DNA from: Sarea resinae
Taxonomy: Eukaryota
Assembly: GCA_026026165.1 (NCBI GenBank)
Contig: JAPEUD010000041.1
Span: forward strand, 1-64,000
DNA: 64,000 nt
Reading direction: 5' to 3'
Shown here piece after piece: positions 36,992 through 49,453 of the stretch. Position numbers and translations under genes: made by a program. Numbering within the stretch: position 1 is the first letter of the stretch; each line of letters begins with the position of its first letter. Below the pieces are notes generated by a model. It searched no databases. It worked only from the letters and a program-made list of their open reading frames with translations, and had not been told where the DNA came from.

Positions 36992-37951
36992 TCAGCGTAG
37001 GATGATGGCGAAATTGTTCCGCGTCTTGCCTGGGTGCACCTCGACTTTTTTGAAGGTCTGAGAGCGAGGTCGCCCGTTACTGCTGGTGCTGGCGCTGGTG
37101 CTGGGAGCCTGAGGCTCGCATCTCCAGAGGTAATAGACCAGTTTGGCGGTCGTTTTCTCGTGCACAAGGATGTAGCCTAGGCTTGTCATGATCGAGTGAA
37201 GTTTCTGGCGGTCGAGGTAGCGCGAGTTGTTGATGCAGGGTAATGGCAGCACGAGAAATAATGACGGGAAAAGGGCTGGTTCTGGAGGAGCCCCTCCCTC
37301 CTTCTCTACCGCGCCCGCCGCAGCCTGGCGATGGCGGAGGAATTGACAGGTCCGACGTAGCATCTCGCCCCTGGTAACGGCGTCAGGGACATAATTGAGG
37401 ACCAAGGAGAGGGAAATGACATCGAAGGTGTCGTGCTCCGCGGCGGGGAGAGGCCGTTCCATGAAATCCTGCTGCAGGATGCTGCTCTCGTCCTGGGAGT
37501 TTAGATCGATGCGCGAGACGTCGAACAGTCCGGATCGCGAACAGGCATTACTCTTCGACAGCGCGCCGACCTCCAACAGCCGCAATTTCTGCTCGCCGTT
37601 TTCTTCTTTCGCTCTTGCTCGAAGGGCCGCATGTACGGGTGTCAGCCACTCCATCAGCACTCTCGACGAGTCCCCGCCCCGCTCGGATGACTGCCCGGTG
37701 ATGCTGGCCTGCTGGTAGCTTTTGAGGCCGCCATGCTGTTCGATCTGGATCTCGAGCGTGCGAGCAAGGGCACCGTCGCCCGAGGAGAGCGCTTTGGCGA
37801 GCTCTTTCTGCAGGTGGTGATGCTTGCGGATGAGCGCACGGGTAGCCTTTGCGGAGAGGGAAGCTGGTGGTTTTTGGCCGAAGCGCTGGGGAGGGCGGCC
37901 GTGGGAGAGAGAGGCTGGTCTCTTGGCGCTCTTTTTCTTGATGGCTGTCAT
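36992..37951 (-). CDS. bmt2: 25S rRNA adenine-N1 methyltransferase Bmt2
   Basis: GGLKSYQQAS..RGGDSSRVL, LLEVGAL, IDLNSQ, LQQDFM, SLSLVLNYVPD..RGEML, NFAI. Confidence 0.93.
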   Translation of the reverse strand: MTAIKKKSAKRPASLSHGRPPQRFGQKPPASLSAKATRALIRKHHHLQKELAKALSSGDGALARTLEIQIEQHGGLKSYQQASITGQSSERGGDSSRVLMEWLTPVHAALRARAKEENGEQKLRLLEVGALSKSNACSRSGLFDVSRIDLNSQDESSILQQDFMERPLPAAEHDTFDVISLSLVLNYVPDAVTRGEMLRRTCQFLRHRQAAAGAVEKEGGAPPEPALFPSLFLVLPLPCINNSRYLDRQKLHSIMTSLGYILVHEKTTAKLVYYLWRCEPQAPSTSASTSSNGRPRSQTFKKVEVHPGKTRNNFAIILR

Positions 37952-38337
37952 TGTGCTTGGCGTTCGTCGTCGAACTTCTGCTCCGTCCTTGTTACATATC
38001 TCCTGTCGGTCCCGTTTCGGCGCAAGCTGAAGCAGCGCACACAGCATCCGGCCTGATCGACCCTCAATAATCCAGATCCTTGAAGCCGTGATACTCGAGA
38101 TATGAAGTAGGTACGAGGGTACCTCGATCGTAGGTACGTACTCCGTACACATCAAAGTGTCGAATCGGGTAAAGCGCCAACCACCTAAACGAGCATTAGC
38201 GCACCGGGGCTACAGAGGGCTCGAACCCTCCTCGCACTTCACAGCCAAGCGAACATCTCGAAGATCGACTTTGTAGGAACCCGCGACGGACGACGAGTGA
38301 CGACGACGACAACCCCAATCTCCGACATCAATCAGCA

Positions 38338-39170
38338 ATGGCGCCAAAGTCGGAAAACAAGAAAGGTATTGTCTCTTTCTCTTCTTCCACAGAGCGTTTC
38401 TCGTCGATGCGGGATATTGGATCGGTCGTGGTGGCAGCAGTCTCCGAGATCTCTGGCTTGCGATGTCTTCCGAGCACATTCGGCTCTCTATCTGCTCGAT
38501 GGAACCAGTCAGGATACGGGCGATGGACAAGGAAATCAAGACGCATTGGCGTGGACCAAACGTTCAAGAGAAAACAGGAAGCTGACTATTTTCCCCAACC
38601 TCAGGCCCCAAGCCCTCAGCAAAGGCCGGCCAAGCGGCCAAGGCCACGCTGAAAGGCGTAAGTTGCACCCACATGGTACCATCCACACCGAAACCAAACA
38701 TACTGAAGCGTTTTCTCTCCATCAGGTCAACTCGCACAAGGTCCGAAAAGTGCGGCTCTCGACGACCTTCCACCGGCCCAAGACGCTCCAGCTCTCGCGC
38801 GCGCCCAAGTACCCCCGCAAGTCGATCCCGCATGAGCCCCGGCTCGACCAGCACAAGGTCATCATCCACCCGCTGAACACGGAGAGCGCGATGAAGAAGA
38901 TCGAGGAGAACAACACGCTGGTGTTCATCGTGGACATCAAGGCCAACAAGAGGCAGATCAAGGAGTCGCTCAAGAAGCTGTACGACGTTGACACGGTCAA
39001 GATCAACACCCTGATCCGGTATGTTATTTCCGTGGCGTCCTCAGAGAAAGTCATGAACGGGGAAATGCTGACCATCTACCAGACCGGATGGATCGAAGAA
39101 GGCTTTCGCCCGGTTAACGCCTGACGTGGATGCTCTGGACATTGCGGCCACGAAGTTGGCAATTGTTTAA
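38338..39170 (+). CDS. rpl25: 60S ribosomal protein uL23 (L25), 4 exons
   Basis: MAPKSENKK|..[65 protein letters not shown]. Confidence 0.98.
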
Positions 39171-40143
39171 GCGCAGGAAAAGTCGGAGGAATGGTTGTTG
39201 TTGCTGTTGCTGGCTGGAAGGATCCTTCACTAGTCCTTGTTTCACAACGGCGATCCTTGACATGTAGATCGCTTTCACGAATGCAAAAGGCTTGAAGACA
39301 ACATTTTGCTATCGAGTGAGGCCGGGTCAGGGTCAGGGTCAGGGTCAGGGTCGTGTGGCTTGTGATTGCCTTACGATGGCGCCCTCTGAGACGTACATGA
39401 GCCAAAATGCAAGGACACAGACACGCCATCAATCTGCCGTCCTCTTCCTGACGAAAGAATATTTGTAGCCCTCAGCCATCCGACTGATTGCCCTTCTAAT
39501 ACATCGTTTCAACCAATAGGCAACATCTCATGGCTCCAACGGGACCTGTCTGCTCTATCGTCGCCGACAGATGCTTCATGAAGAGCTGCATCTCCTTCGT
39601 AGATTACAGATCTCCTTCACCCTGTCCATACCACAGCCAAGCCTACAGTAGTACCAGCCATTGCCCAACCCCTGCTGCCAAACCCGGCCCCCTCTCCCCG
39701 TGCATCCATATCGACACGACACGACACGACAGCGAGTAGCCCTCGTCCTCGTAGCATAATAGTGTGGAGGACGTCGTCAAGACCAGGGGAAAACCAACCC
39801 GATCGGATTCCTGTTCTGATCTGATCTGATATTACACGCCGCTTTTTCATATACCGGAACGAAGCCGTGGGATCCCATGTAAATCTTACATTGCCTCCTC
39901 GCTGCTAAAAGCCCTTCCCTGGGCCCCGCCCCCCCCCCCCCCTTCCCGGCGGCCGACCAAAAAGTAAAGGTAGCCTTATTCCAAACCAACCACACTTTCA
40001 CATCGTCCTCGCAGTTTGGCTTTTTGTCTGCCTTCCCTTCCCAAACGTACCATCCCGTCTCCCCTCCTTTCCCCTTTCTTTCTTTCTTTCTTTCTTAGCC
40101 CTCCCTTCCCCCCTTCTATATTAACACGCGTCCGAGTCCTCCT

Positions 40144-40598
40144 CTAAGCCGCTCCAACCCTCAGCTTCTCCAGATGTTTCAGCACGCTGAGATTGGCGTC
40201 CATGAACCGATCGACGCAGTTCGCGGTACAGCTCTCCTCGGCACTCGACAGGTTCCCACCGGAGATCTTGTTGGCGGCCGTGCATTTCTTCCAGCAGACT
40301 TCGGTGAGGGCGTGCACGGCTGTTTGGTAGGCGCGGTCGGATGCGTTAGCGCATTTTTCGGGGTGTGTGTGTGATAGGGGAGTGTGAGGGTGAGGGTGAG
40401 GTGATGGCGGATATGGAATCGAGGAAGAAAGAAAGAAAGAAAGAGAGAGGAGAGAGAGAAAAGCATAGACTCACACCCCTGGATCCGCGCCTTCTGGGAT
40501 TCGTTGACGACAAACTGCTGCAGTTCCTGCTGGTCGCGCGCCGAGAGCTTCGAGAGGTCCAGCTTCTGCTGTGCCATGTCGACGGACGAGGAATCCAT
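40144..40598 (-). CDS. tim8: Mitochondrial small Tim chaperone Tim8
   Basis: DQQELQQFVVNESQKARIQG|SVHALTEVCWKKC..CTANCVDRFMD (twin CX3C); intron 40320-40475. Confidence 0.93.
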
Positions 40599-41119
40599 CT
40601 TTTTATTTTGAAATGTAGGTGGGTGGTGTGTGTGTGTTCGGTCGATATGGAAGGTAGGGGGGATTTGTGGGGTTTTTTGGGGGGCGTTTGAGGGTTGAAG
40701 ATGGCGTTGGAGTTTGTTGGTGATGAGGTCGATGAGGTTGATGATGATGATGGTGGTTTCGAAATCTTTTGGTTTTCGCGAATAGCTGGAGCTCGAGGAC
40801 AGGTACGGAGATGGTTTGCACTGTTTGCCTGTCTGTCTTGCTGGCGCTACATCATCGATAGGTACCTCACCTTGCCGCATACTTCGTCACTGTTCCGGGC
40901 TGTCATCACATAGCTGGGAGACAAATGAGATGATCAATTTCCACACCGTGAAATTTGTCGGGCAATATCAATATCATTATCAATATCAATATACGATGGA
41001 GTCTAAGACTCGGATGAAAGAGTTGGCACCATTCTTGACTCTTTGCCGGCCAAGGTCTCTACGATACAGATTCGTTGCGAATGAAGAAGCTGAGCCCCGA
41101 CAAACTCGGAATCGAGACT

Positions 41120-41122
<3 letters not shown>

Positions 41123-41158
<36 letters not shown>
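41123..41158. repeat. (AG)n microsatellite
   Basis: About 18 AG units. Confidence 0.95.
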
Positions 41159-41161
<3 letters not shown>

Positions 41162-41288
41162 GTGTGAGATAGGCATTTCAAATACAAAACGCCTCCAACA
41201 CCACACAGCTGACTTGCCGCCCACCCAACACGGCCCGTTACTACTCCCCGCGTTGTAATATACTCATGACCCAGATCGCACTTCTCGC

Positions 41289-42008
41289 TCAGTGCGCAGG
41301 GACGGACGGCGTTCCGGTCGTCTGCACATAGTTCTTCCGGAAGGGGTTCTCATCGACATCCGGTCCGCGATTCAGCGGCGTCCACTTGGGATCTTCCTGG
41401 AATAGTCTCATGGCGTGGATGTACTGCGACGCCCATAATATTAGCCCATCTGGACGCGGAAGCCCACAATGCCAACAAGACCAACGACTCACATTCTGAC
41501 TGTCGGTAGTGAACCGATGGTAGATACCGGCTGGGACGATGATCAGATCGTCCTTCTGGACCCGGATGCGAATCCACTCGTCGCCCTCACTGCGCACATC
41601 GAAGAAGCCTTCTCCGTCTAGGATGTATCTGATCTCCTCGTCCTCGTGCAGGTGCTCCGAGAAGAAGGACTTGACCTTCTCTTCGTAGACTTCGCCCATC
41701 TTGTCCGGCGACACGATGATTTCGTCGCGATTCTTGTACTTGCGCTCGGCCGCCAGCGCGTTGACGGCGTCGATCGACGAGAAGGAGTAGTAGTGGATGC
41801 CGAGTGAGGCTAAGTGCTCGACGCTGACGGGTCGGCCGGAGTCGTGGTCGAGACGTTGGTCGCCCTGATTGCTGCATGTTAGCTAGCTGTTGCTGCGGAC
41901 GTCGCCCGGCCAGAGAATGAACTCCATCGACCCAGGCGCATTCCGTGTAGGAGAGACAAAAGCAAGAGGGAGGTTTACCGGCAAGTTGTCATACCAATAA
42001 GTCTTCAT
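41289..42008 (-). CDS. adi1: Acireductone dioxygenase (methionine salvage), 3 exons
   Basis: [40 protein letters not shown]..|YIHAMRLF (ARD cupin). Confidence 0.97.
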
Positions 42009-42759
42009 CTTTGCAGATCTCAACAGAGCAGTCTACCTAGTGCGCTGTCTGAAGTCGGTGATGATGGAGACGAATTGAATGAAGAGGCAATGGAATAATG
42101 TCAGCAAGGCGACAGCGAGAGAAAGATTTCGCAAACCGAGGGGCCCTCTGACGCCATCGTACCCCGGTCTCTTTCCTCCCCGCTTCGCGAAGGGTGTCTG
42201 TGGATTGCCGTAGTCTGTCCCCCTAAATCAGACTACCTTATCCAATTGAATGATGCATATTAAAAGGCCCGGAATCTGACTCGACAGCATCAAACGCCTT
42301 AGCTGTCGCTGCCCCCAACATAAATACTACTCTCCTGACTCCTCACGCAGACGATGCCAGACGTCTCAAGATGACTTGTTTGTAACATATTCGTATTGCC
42401 GCGCTATCTTCCATGAACTAACGCAAGCCATACCTATCTTGCCGTGCCCTTGTCCTCCTCGTCTTACCAATATGAAAACGAGATAAGACTCGAAGATAAT
42501 AACGAACGAGAAAGAAGAAGTGGTCGCTAGAAATACATACGCCTCGCCGCTGAATAATGCCCACAATACCACTGGATCCGAAAAATGCCCCTTGATAACG
42601 AACGCTGGAACATGAAGAGTGACAAACGCCTAGATGTTTGTGCCGCCGTTTTCCGCCTCCGCGACCAACCCTTTGCAACCCGAACGCCGAAATGCCCCAA
42701 AGAGAAGAGTTCATTTCATGAGCCGCTAGATGTAAAGCGCAACAAGGTAGGAACGAGTA

Positions 42760-45700
42760 CTAGATGTGCAACTCATGGTCGCTGATCGCGCTCTCACTCA
42801 CATCCCCAATGCTAAAACCAATCTTCTCACTGAGATCTGCCCCGAAGATCAATTCCTTTTCGATGGTTGGCGTGCTCTCAGTCTTGACCTTCTCCAGTAT
42901 ACCACCTAAGCTGGTGGCCGTCAACGGGCGCTCAATCTCCTCCCCAGCGAGGCTGGGCATCGGAATTCCCTCTGCGAGATTGAGATTTCTAGCGAGATAG
43001 AACTCCAACCTTTTGGTCTGTCTCTCCCATTTATCATCGATGAGTCGAACAGCAGCTTGAATGTCCTGCTCTGTGTAGACAGGCTGGTGCGGCGTGGACT
43101 TGGAAGACTTCGAGCTGACCGCGGCAAGAGTGCGACGGACCGGGCCTCTAGAGGGGTGTGGTGCGTTATCGCTGCGGATGGACTTGACCTCGTGCTCGAC
43201 TGTCTGGAGCGACTCGATATGATCGTCGCCCATTGAAGGTAGATAGAGGACGGTATTATTGCTGGCAAGTCCATTGACCAAGACTGTCAGGCCTTGGAGA
43301 TTGATGTCATTATGCTCGCAGTAGATCTCGCGGAGAGTAGTGTTGCGCTCCAAGACTGACGAAAGTGTGCCTGCACCCTGTAATCCTAATTTCTGATCTG
43401 TGCAGAACGTTAGCATGAAAGGCCTTGAGAGAGTTCAGGTATAGAAGCGTACATTCGATTCGAAGAATCTTGAGCGCCTTGTTCTTTTCCAGCCCAGTCA
43501 ACGCATGGTTCAAGCCAATGCCGAACTTGGCAACCTCTAGATGAGCGTGCTCGCCCGAAATGTCAAGTTCTTCCAAAGTCTCGTTCTCCGCGAACATCAG
43601 CTGAAGAGCTTCGCACGTGTCATCACTGGCGTCGTACGGTAGAGAGGCCTTCGAGATGTCGAGATACTTCAAGGTAGTATTTTTCCTCAGTGCTTGCACC
43701 AGTTCTCGAAAATGATCCTCCTTTTGATATTCCACCATCTTCATCGTCAGATGGGACGGTGTCAAGCCGTGTGCGACTGCTCGCACAAGCTGGCCGTGAT
43801 CTTTCTCAAGACGGTTTTCGCTGACGTGTAGGTGTAGATTGCGCGCTTTGCCCGGTTCTCGAGTCATTGAATGCATAAACACGGCCACATCCTTACTGGT
43901 CAGGCCGCACTGGTTCAGTCTCAACTCACGTAGCGTGTCAGATTTCGAGCTTGCAAGATAGGCGGAAATCGAATCGACCGTCTGTTCATTTACTTGTGTC
44001 TCGCTCAGATTGAGCTCTTCGAGCCTCCATGTCAGTAAAGTCTCCGGAGCAATCAAGGGCTCTGGCCCTGACGTTCGATGGACCCGGGAAAAATTGATCT
44101 TTCGAATGAAACCAAAGTGGCCAATCTGCCCCTGAAATGTAGAAGGGCTCAGACGAGCCAGATTCCCAGAGATGTCGATAGATTCCATTGTGTTGTCCTG
44201 TGAGAGCATGGCGTTGAGGATCAGCTGCATACTCCGGTCCGTCAGCCCGCAGCGACTGATCTCCAACGCTCTGAAATGGCAGGCTTTCTCGACAGCGGCA
44301 TCCACCAAGTAGTCAAGATCAGACTCCCCTAGCTCGATTCCGCTGAGGACGATCCAGTCGACATTGGTCAATTGTTTACGGCAGAGAGGAAAGAGCGCTT
44401 CAGCGATGCCACATCCGGGGTCTCGAATCCCACCGTCGTCGTCTCGGGGCTTTCTCGTGATGCAAAAGGAAAAGTCCATCCGCCTCAACCTCTTACTCTT
44501 CAAGGCGAGAGCACGAACTTCCTGCACCAGCAGCGATGTCTGACCCTGCCCCTTGATATTGAGGGGCATCCCTGACCGGGTCGTCCACGGCACATGTTCT
44601 GTCCCATAGATGTCTCGAAGTCCGTGTAAAACATCAAGACTGATACTGCGAAAAGAGATTGAACGAAACGACTCGTTGTATCGCAGAGCTCGCAAGACGG
44701 CTATCAGTTCAAGCGCGCTGTATTTCGGTCGTCTTGCGTTTGCAGGTGCCAGGAGCTCGAACTGAGGAGCATCTTCGGCCATGTAATTGATCATGTAACA
44801 GATATTGGACGTATCGATACCATATGCCGCACAATACGCGATCAAAGTACGATCGAAGCACTTGTGATCCTCGGCATCAGAGTCTACGGGCAATATGTCA
44901 TCCTCGAGCCCACGCAAGCCGTACAGCGTAAGTGGTTGTTCGATCCATTCTGGTCGCAAGTATTCGACGGCCTGGCGGAGCCACAAAGCAATATCTGACG
45001 AGGACAAGGATGCCAGATGAAGGCTTTGGGAGTGGCACAGAGGTTTCCTATAGAGTCTCCATTAGCCTTGAATCACAGCCATTGGAAAAGATTCTGGCCG
45101 ACCTGAAAACAAGTTCGAAGGCATCGTCGGAAGGATTGACGCTTATAGAGGTCAAAGTAGTAATACCGAAACAAGCTCGACTGTTCAAGTCTGTCAAGGA
45201 AGGGCTAGAAGTGCGAGGTGCTTGTTTCGGCAATGGGATAAGATGAAGTTTATGCATGCCAAACGCCAGATAGCATACTGTCGATGATAATTTTTGGAGA
45301 TCGTCAGAAGATGAACGGCCGCTAGACTTGTTCGATGCACGCTGGACAACCTTGAAAATCCGAAATTGCAATGGCTCATAGTCACATTCCAATTCAAGCA
45401 ATCTGGCAATATATTCAACAGACTGCGGGGTGAATGGGTCTGGATCCTGGAGTCGAGCCTTGAGTGCCGTAGCGCGAATGGACGTCAACCATAGTTCGGC
45501 CTCTCGGGGATCATTCAATTGCAAGATGAGCGCCGAGGCATGATTGCCTTCATCTAGATGGGACACCTCAACCGAAAAGAAGGGCTTCCCGTCCTCGAGT
45601 TTGTATACAGCGATGATATGGTCAAGGGAGATGCCAAAGTTGCTATCAGCGGACGAGTGCGAGTGAACGGATTGAAGATCTTGCGCGGAGCCAACGGAGG

Positions 45701-46331
45701 TAGTCGATGCATGCCTCATTGTATTGCTGCGGCCAAGGGATGCAGGGATACTAGGAGACTATTAGCTAGAGGTCGATGCGTGACTTAATGTGAGAACGTA
45801 CGACGGGAACATTTCGGATGCTCTGCTTTGATTCTTGAAGCGCACAAGATGCGTCTCCGTCAGCACTAGGTATTCCTTCCTCTTCCTGAACATGCCTCCC
45901 GTCGTTTGAACCTCTCCGTGCCGCAGGACATTACGTCCGCCGACGACCGTCCTCGAAGGATCCGAAGCCTCCTCCTCTATGGAAGGCGTCCTGGAAACAG
46001 GACTAGAGCATTTGTCATCATCCTCCACCGAATGCACCGACCTCAAGGAACCGAAGATCGAAGAAGGTCGGCCGCTCTTCAACAGAGTGCGTGGTCTCGC
46101 CCTGGGCGTAGCCACGGTCTCGTCGCTGGTTCTCGAATTCTTCAATTGCGCACGGTCGAGTTCCAGGTCTGGCGCGGCGGTGAAGAAGGATGCTGGCCGC
46201 CTCTTCTTCTTCAGCATGGTTGGATCGGAGCGGTTGTCGTGTACGGGGGTCAATCCAGCGATCGAAGGTCGGGTGAAGAAGCCCATGCTCCTCCTCCGGC
46301 GCTCGCCCAGCCCATCAGCATATTTCGACAT
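42760..46331 (-). CDS. PH-domain plus RNI-like leucine-rich-repeat protein (CARMIL-like architecture), 4 exons
   Basis: N-terminal PH-like segment (GEVQTTGGMFRKRKEYLVLTETHLVRFK..EAELWLTSIR) followed by many LxxLxLxxN/C repeats (LRELRLNQCGL, LKYLDIS, LEELDISG). Confidence 0.82.
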
Positions 46332-49300
46332 GCCGATGTCACGGGTAATTGATTCCTTGACGCCACCAATGATCCGCCCCGTAGATGGTGATGATCCGAC
46401 GCCCAAGTAGCCGGTGAAGAATGGACCCTACGAAAGGAAACTGTCCAAAATAATCCTATCAGTCTCGAGACGTCGGCTCGAGGCGGGGATGGGGAGGAAA
46501 CACGGCGGAGAGCGCATGCACGGGATCGAAGGTCAAGGAGGAGCAGATGCAGTCTGTTTCAAATGGTTCGCCGACAATGAAGCCGCAAAGGGAAGTTGTG
46601 AACCATCCAGGTCGGCGATGCAAAGTCAGAGCCACGGTCAAGTAAGATCGGTATCTGGACCGAGTGTAGAGAGAGAGATCTGGCAGCAGGCAGGCTAGGC
46701 CGACAGTGTCTCAGACATGCGGGGCGGGCAGAAGAGTGGCCGCAATCGACCGTCTAAAAGCTCCGGCACGAGGTAGTGGTCGTCGTAGTGGGCCGAAAGT
46801 GACGACAATGGGAAGGCAGTGAACGAAGGAGTGTGAGAAGGAGAAAGTGAAGAGAGCGTGGGGCCAGTCCGTCGGACAATCAGTCAGCCAGTCAGTCAAT
46901 TTTCAGGCCGTTGTGGAATATGTTGTTAAGGGCGAAGGAGGTCGATGAGACAGAGAGAGGCCCAGGACGTGGGTGTCTTGGACTTGGACTTGAATGAACA
47001 CGGAATCACCAGCTGCCGCGTCGAGATACTGAAACGAATGGAGGGAGCATGGAGCAATGAGCGATGAGCATGGGAAACGGAGCGCTGGCTACGCTGAGGC
47101 TTATTACGTTGCGCGGCGCACATGGGCGGGCAAGCGGGCAAGCATGGCATCTGGGGTTGGGGGATACGACGGATTACCGCAGTAGAGTAGAGTAGAGTAC
47201 GAAGTAGAGTACGAAGTAGAGTACGCCGTCTGTGGTGCTCTATGAAGTACTCACCTTACCTTCCATTGTGCTCTAGCAGGCACTGATTACGGAGTAGGAG
47301 CAAGAGGAACGGCGTGTCCAAAGATACGAACTGCCTCCAGCTGCCTACCTCTTCCTACCTACTCTGGGCGGTCTGTCTCACTTCAGTCGGTGGACGATCG
47401 AGTACCTACGCTCCCTCGACCGACCGGCGTCGAGTGGCCGCCTAAGAAGTAGAGCCAAGTAGAGCCAAGTAGAGGGAAAGGTTTCCTCGTCGGTCGAGCA
47501 GGAAAAGCCCCCTATGGAAGAGGGATCACCATACGATAAGCGGGCGAGCCAGTACGAAGTACTCTCTAGGTACTCTCTCCTCTACTCCGGAGTACTACGG
47601 AGTATCCATGGATAGGGTCATCGAGTGCGTCGAGTGCGTCGAGTGCATGACTGTCGGGAAAGGGACCATGGTATGAGGTTATGTAATGTCGACGGCGGGA
47701 CCTCTTCGTCTGATGATATTCATCATCCTCATCTGCGAGCATCAGCATGATAACATCGTCACCTTTTGCGTCTGCTCTCCCGCTTATCCTCTTCGCACCT
47801 AATCTTAGTCGACGCTTACTCCGTAGTACGTCGTAGTAGAGCGTAATACTTCAGTAGGTGTGGGATGGATAGATGCGCCGATCCCATGGATCCCACGGAT
47901 GGGCCTCTCCAAGCCGGATTGCGTCTGGCGTGACTTGTCGTTCCGAGTCCGTCTCAAACCAATCCTGTCCAGCCCGGTCCAGTCCACCCGTCGGCCACCG
48001 TGCTCGTCCCGCTGTTCAATAATGCCCTCCAGAAAAGCATGCCCTAGAGTTCGACTTGGGAGTTAACTGATCATAAGGAGATGATGGATTGGACGTGTTT
48101 GGGTGTCATCCATGGCGGAGGGCATCTGCTTCCATGTTTCTACTCTATCAACTTCCAGTGTGCCAGCTGCCACCTCTCACCTCCCACCTCCCTACGAGTA
48201 CATATGAGGTGCATCCGTTGGATCCAATGCCACCGACGAATCCAAAGCCCATCGCCGTCCATGATCGCGTTCCTGAAACACGGCCAGTCATGATCGTCTG
48301 TGCCCCCCAGCCCTGAACCCTGGTGCCTTGGTCTACCGGAGTAGCGCCAGCCTACTCGTACTGAGCCCTTGCCGGGTAAGGTAAAGGTGACGTGCTATTC
48401 GTACCGTACTCTACTCTACGGCCCAAGGCTAAACCCCGGTTGCGCCAGACGTCACCACGGCGCTATCGCCATCTCGGCCACTACGGAGTACTCGTACCGA
48501 CTTCCAAGGTACCTGTGAAAAAGCTGTACCTGATGGACGTGTATCATCATTGGCCGCCGCCCACCTCCAGCCAGTCACGACGACGACGACCACCACCACC
48601 ACCTGGAGCAACCAGCTCACAACAAAATAGCAGAAACGAAAACAAAAACCCCGCATGTAAATATCACAACATCACAGCATCACAACATGAGAGAATGCAA
48701 GAAACAATGGATGTCCTCCGTAATAGAGTGATAAGGTACTTTGTACATCAACAGCAACAGAGACATCATACTCCTACTCACCATCCCGTATACATCCATA
48801 GCTCATAGAACCCCACGGTCCACCCACCACCTCACCCACAGCACCATCCCATCACGATCGGCAATCAATCTCGCCAAAGAAAAAGACAAAAACTGGGGCC
48901 TGGGGCGCCCCAAAAACAAACGAGCGCGGTCTTCCATACATTCTGTACAGAGTGTACACACGCGGCTCCCCCATGATCTCCGGGGCGGATCCAGTGGGGG
49001 GTGGAGTCTGAAGAAAACACCAAAAGAACGGGATGGAAATTAGCCATCCCGCCCTGGCTGCTGGTCCTTAAAAGATGCACGCATGAGGTGGCTGTGGGTG
49101 ATGATGATCATGACGAAAGGCTCAGAGGTGGAGCGGCGTTGTTTTCAGACGTCATCTCATCTCGTCTCATACAGTAGACTTAAGAAATCAGTCACTCAGT
49201 CAGAGTCGCGTGGGCCGCGAATCTGCCAATACGCAGTTGCTGCATGGCGTGGAAAGGGGATTTCTTCTCTCTATTCGTTTCTTGAAATTAGAATCTTGCT

Positions 49301-49453
49301 GTTGAGATGCTCGTACGTAGACTAGAGGTACATTTGGAATAGACAAGGCACTCGTCTTTGCTGATGTTAATCGGGATATGTTGATACACGGATGTTATAC
49401 ACGCTGGGGACGCAAATGCCACAGCCACTACGATGTGAGCCTGAGCCTGACCA

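Noticed and set aside
38366..38604. Long first intron of rpl25 as a possible snoRNA host
   Set aside because: I found no canonical box C (RTGATGA) with box D pair and no clear H/ACA layout. An Rfam scan would be decisive.
47181..47224. Short tandem repeats (AGTAGAGTACGA) as CRISPR-like arrays
   Set aside because: There are no unique spacers, and the context is eukaryotic. These are simple tandem repeats.
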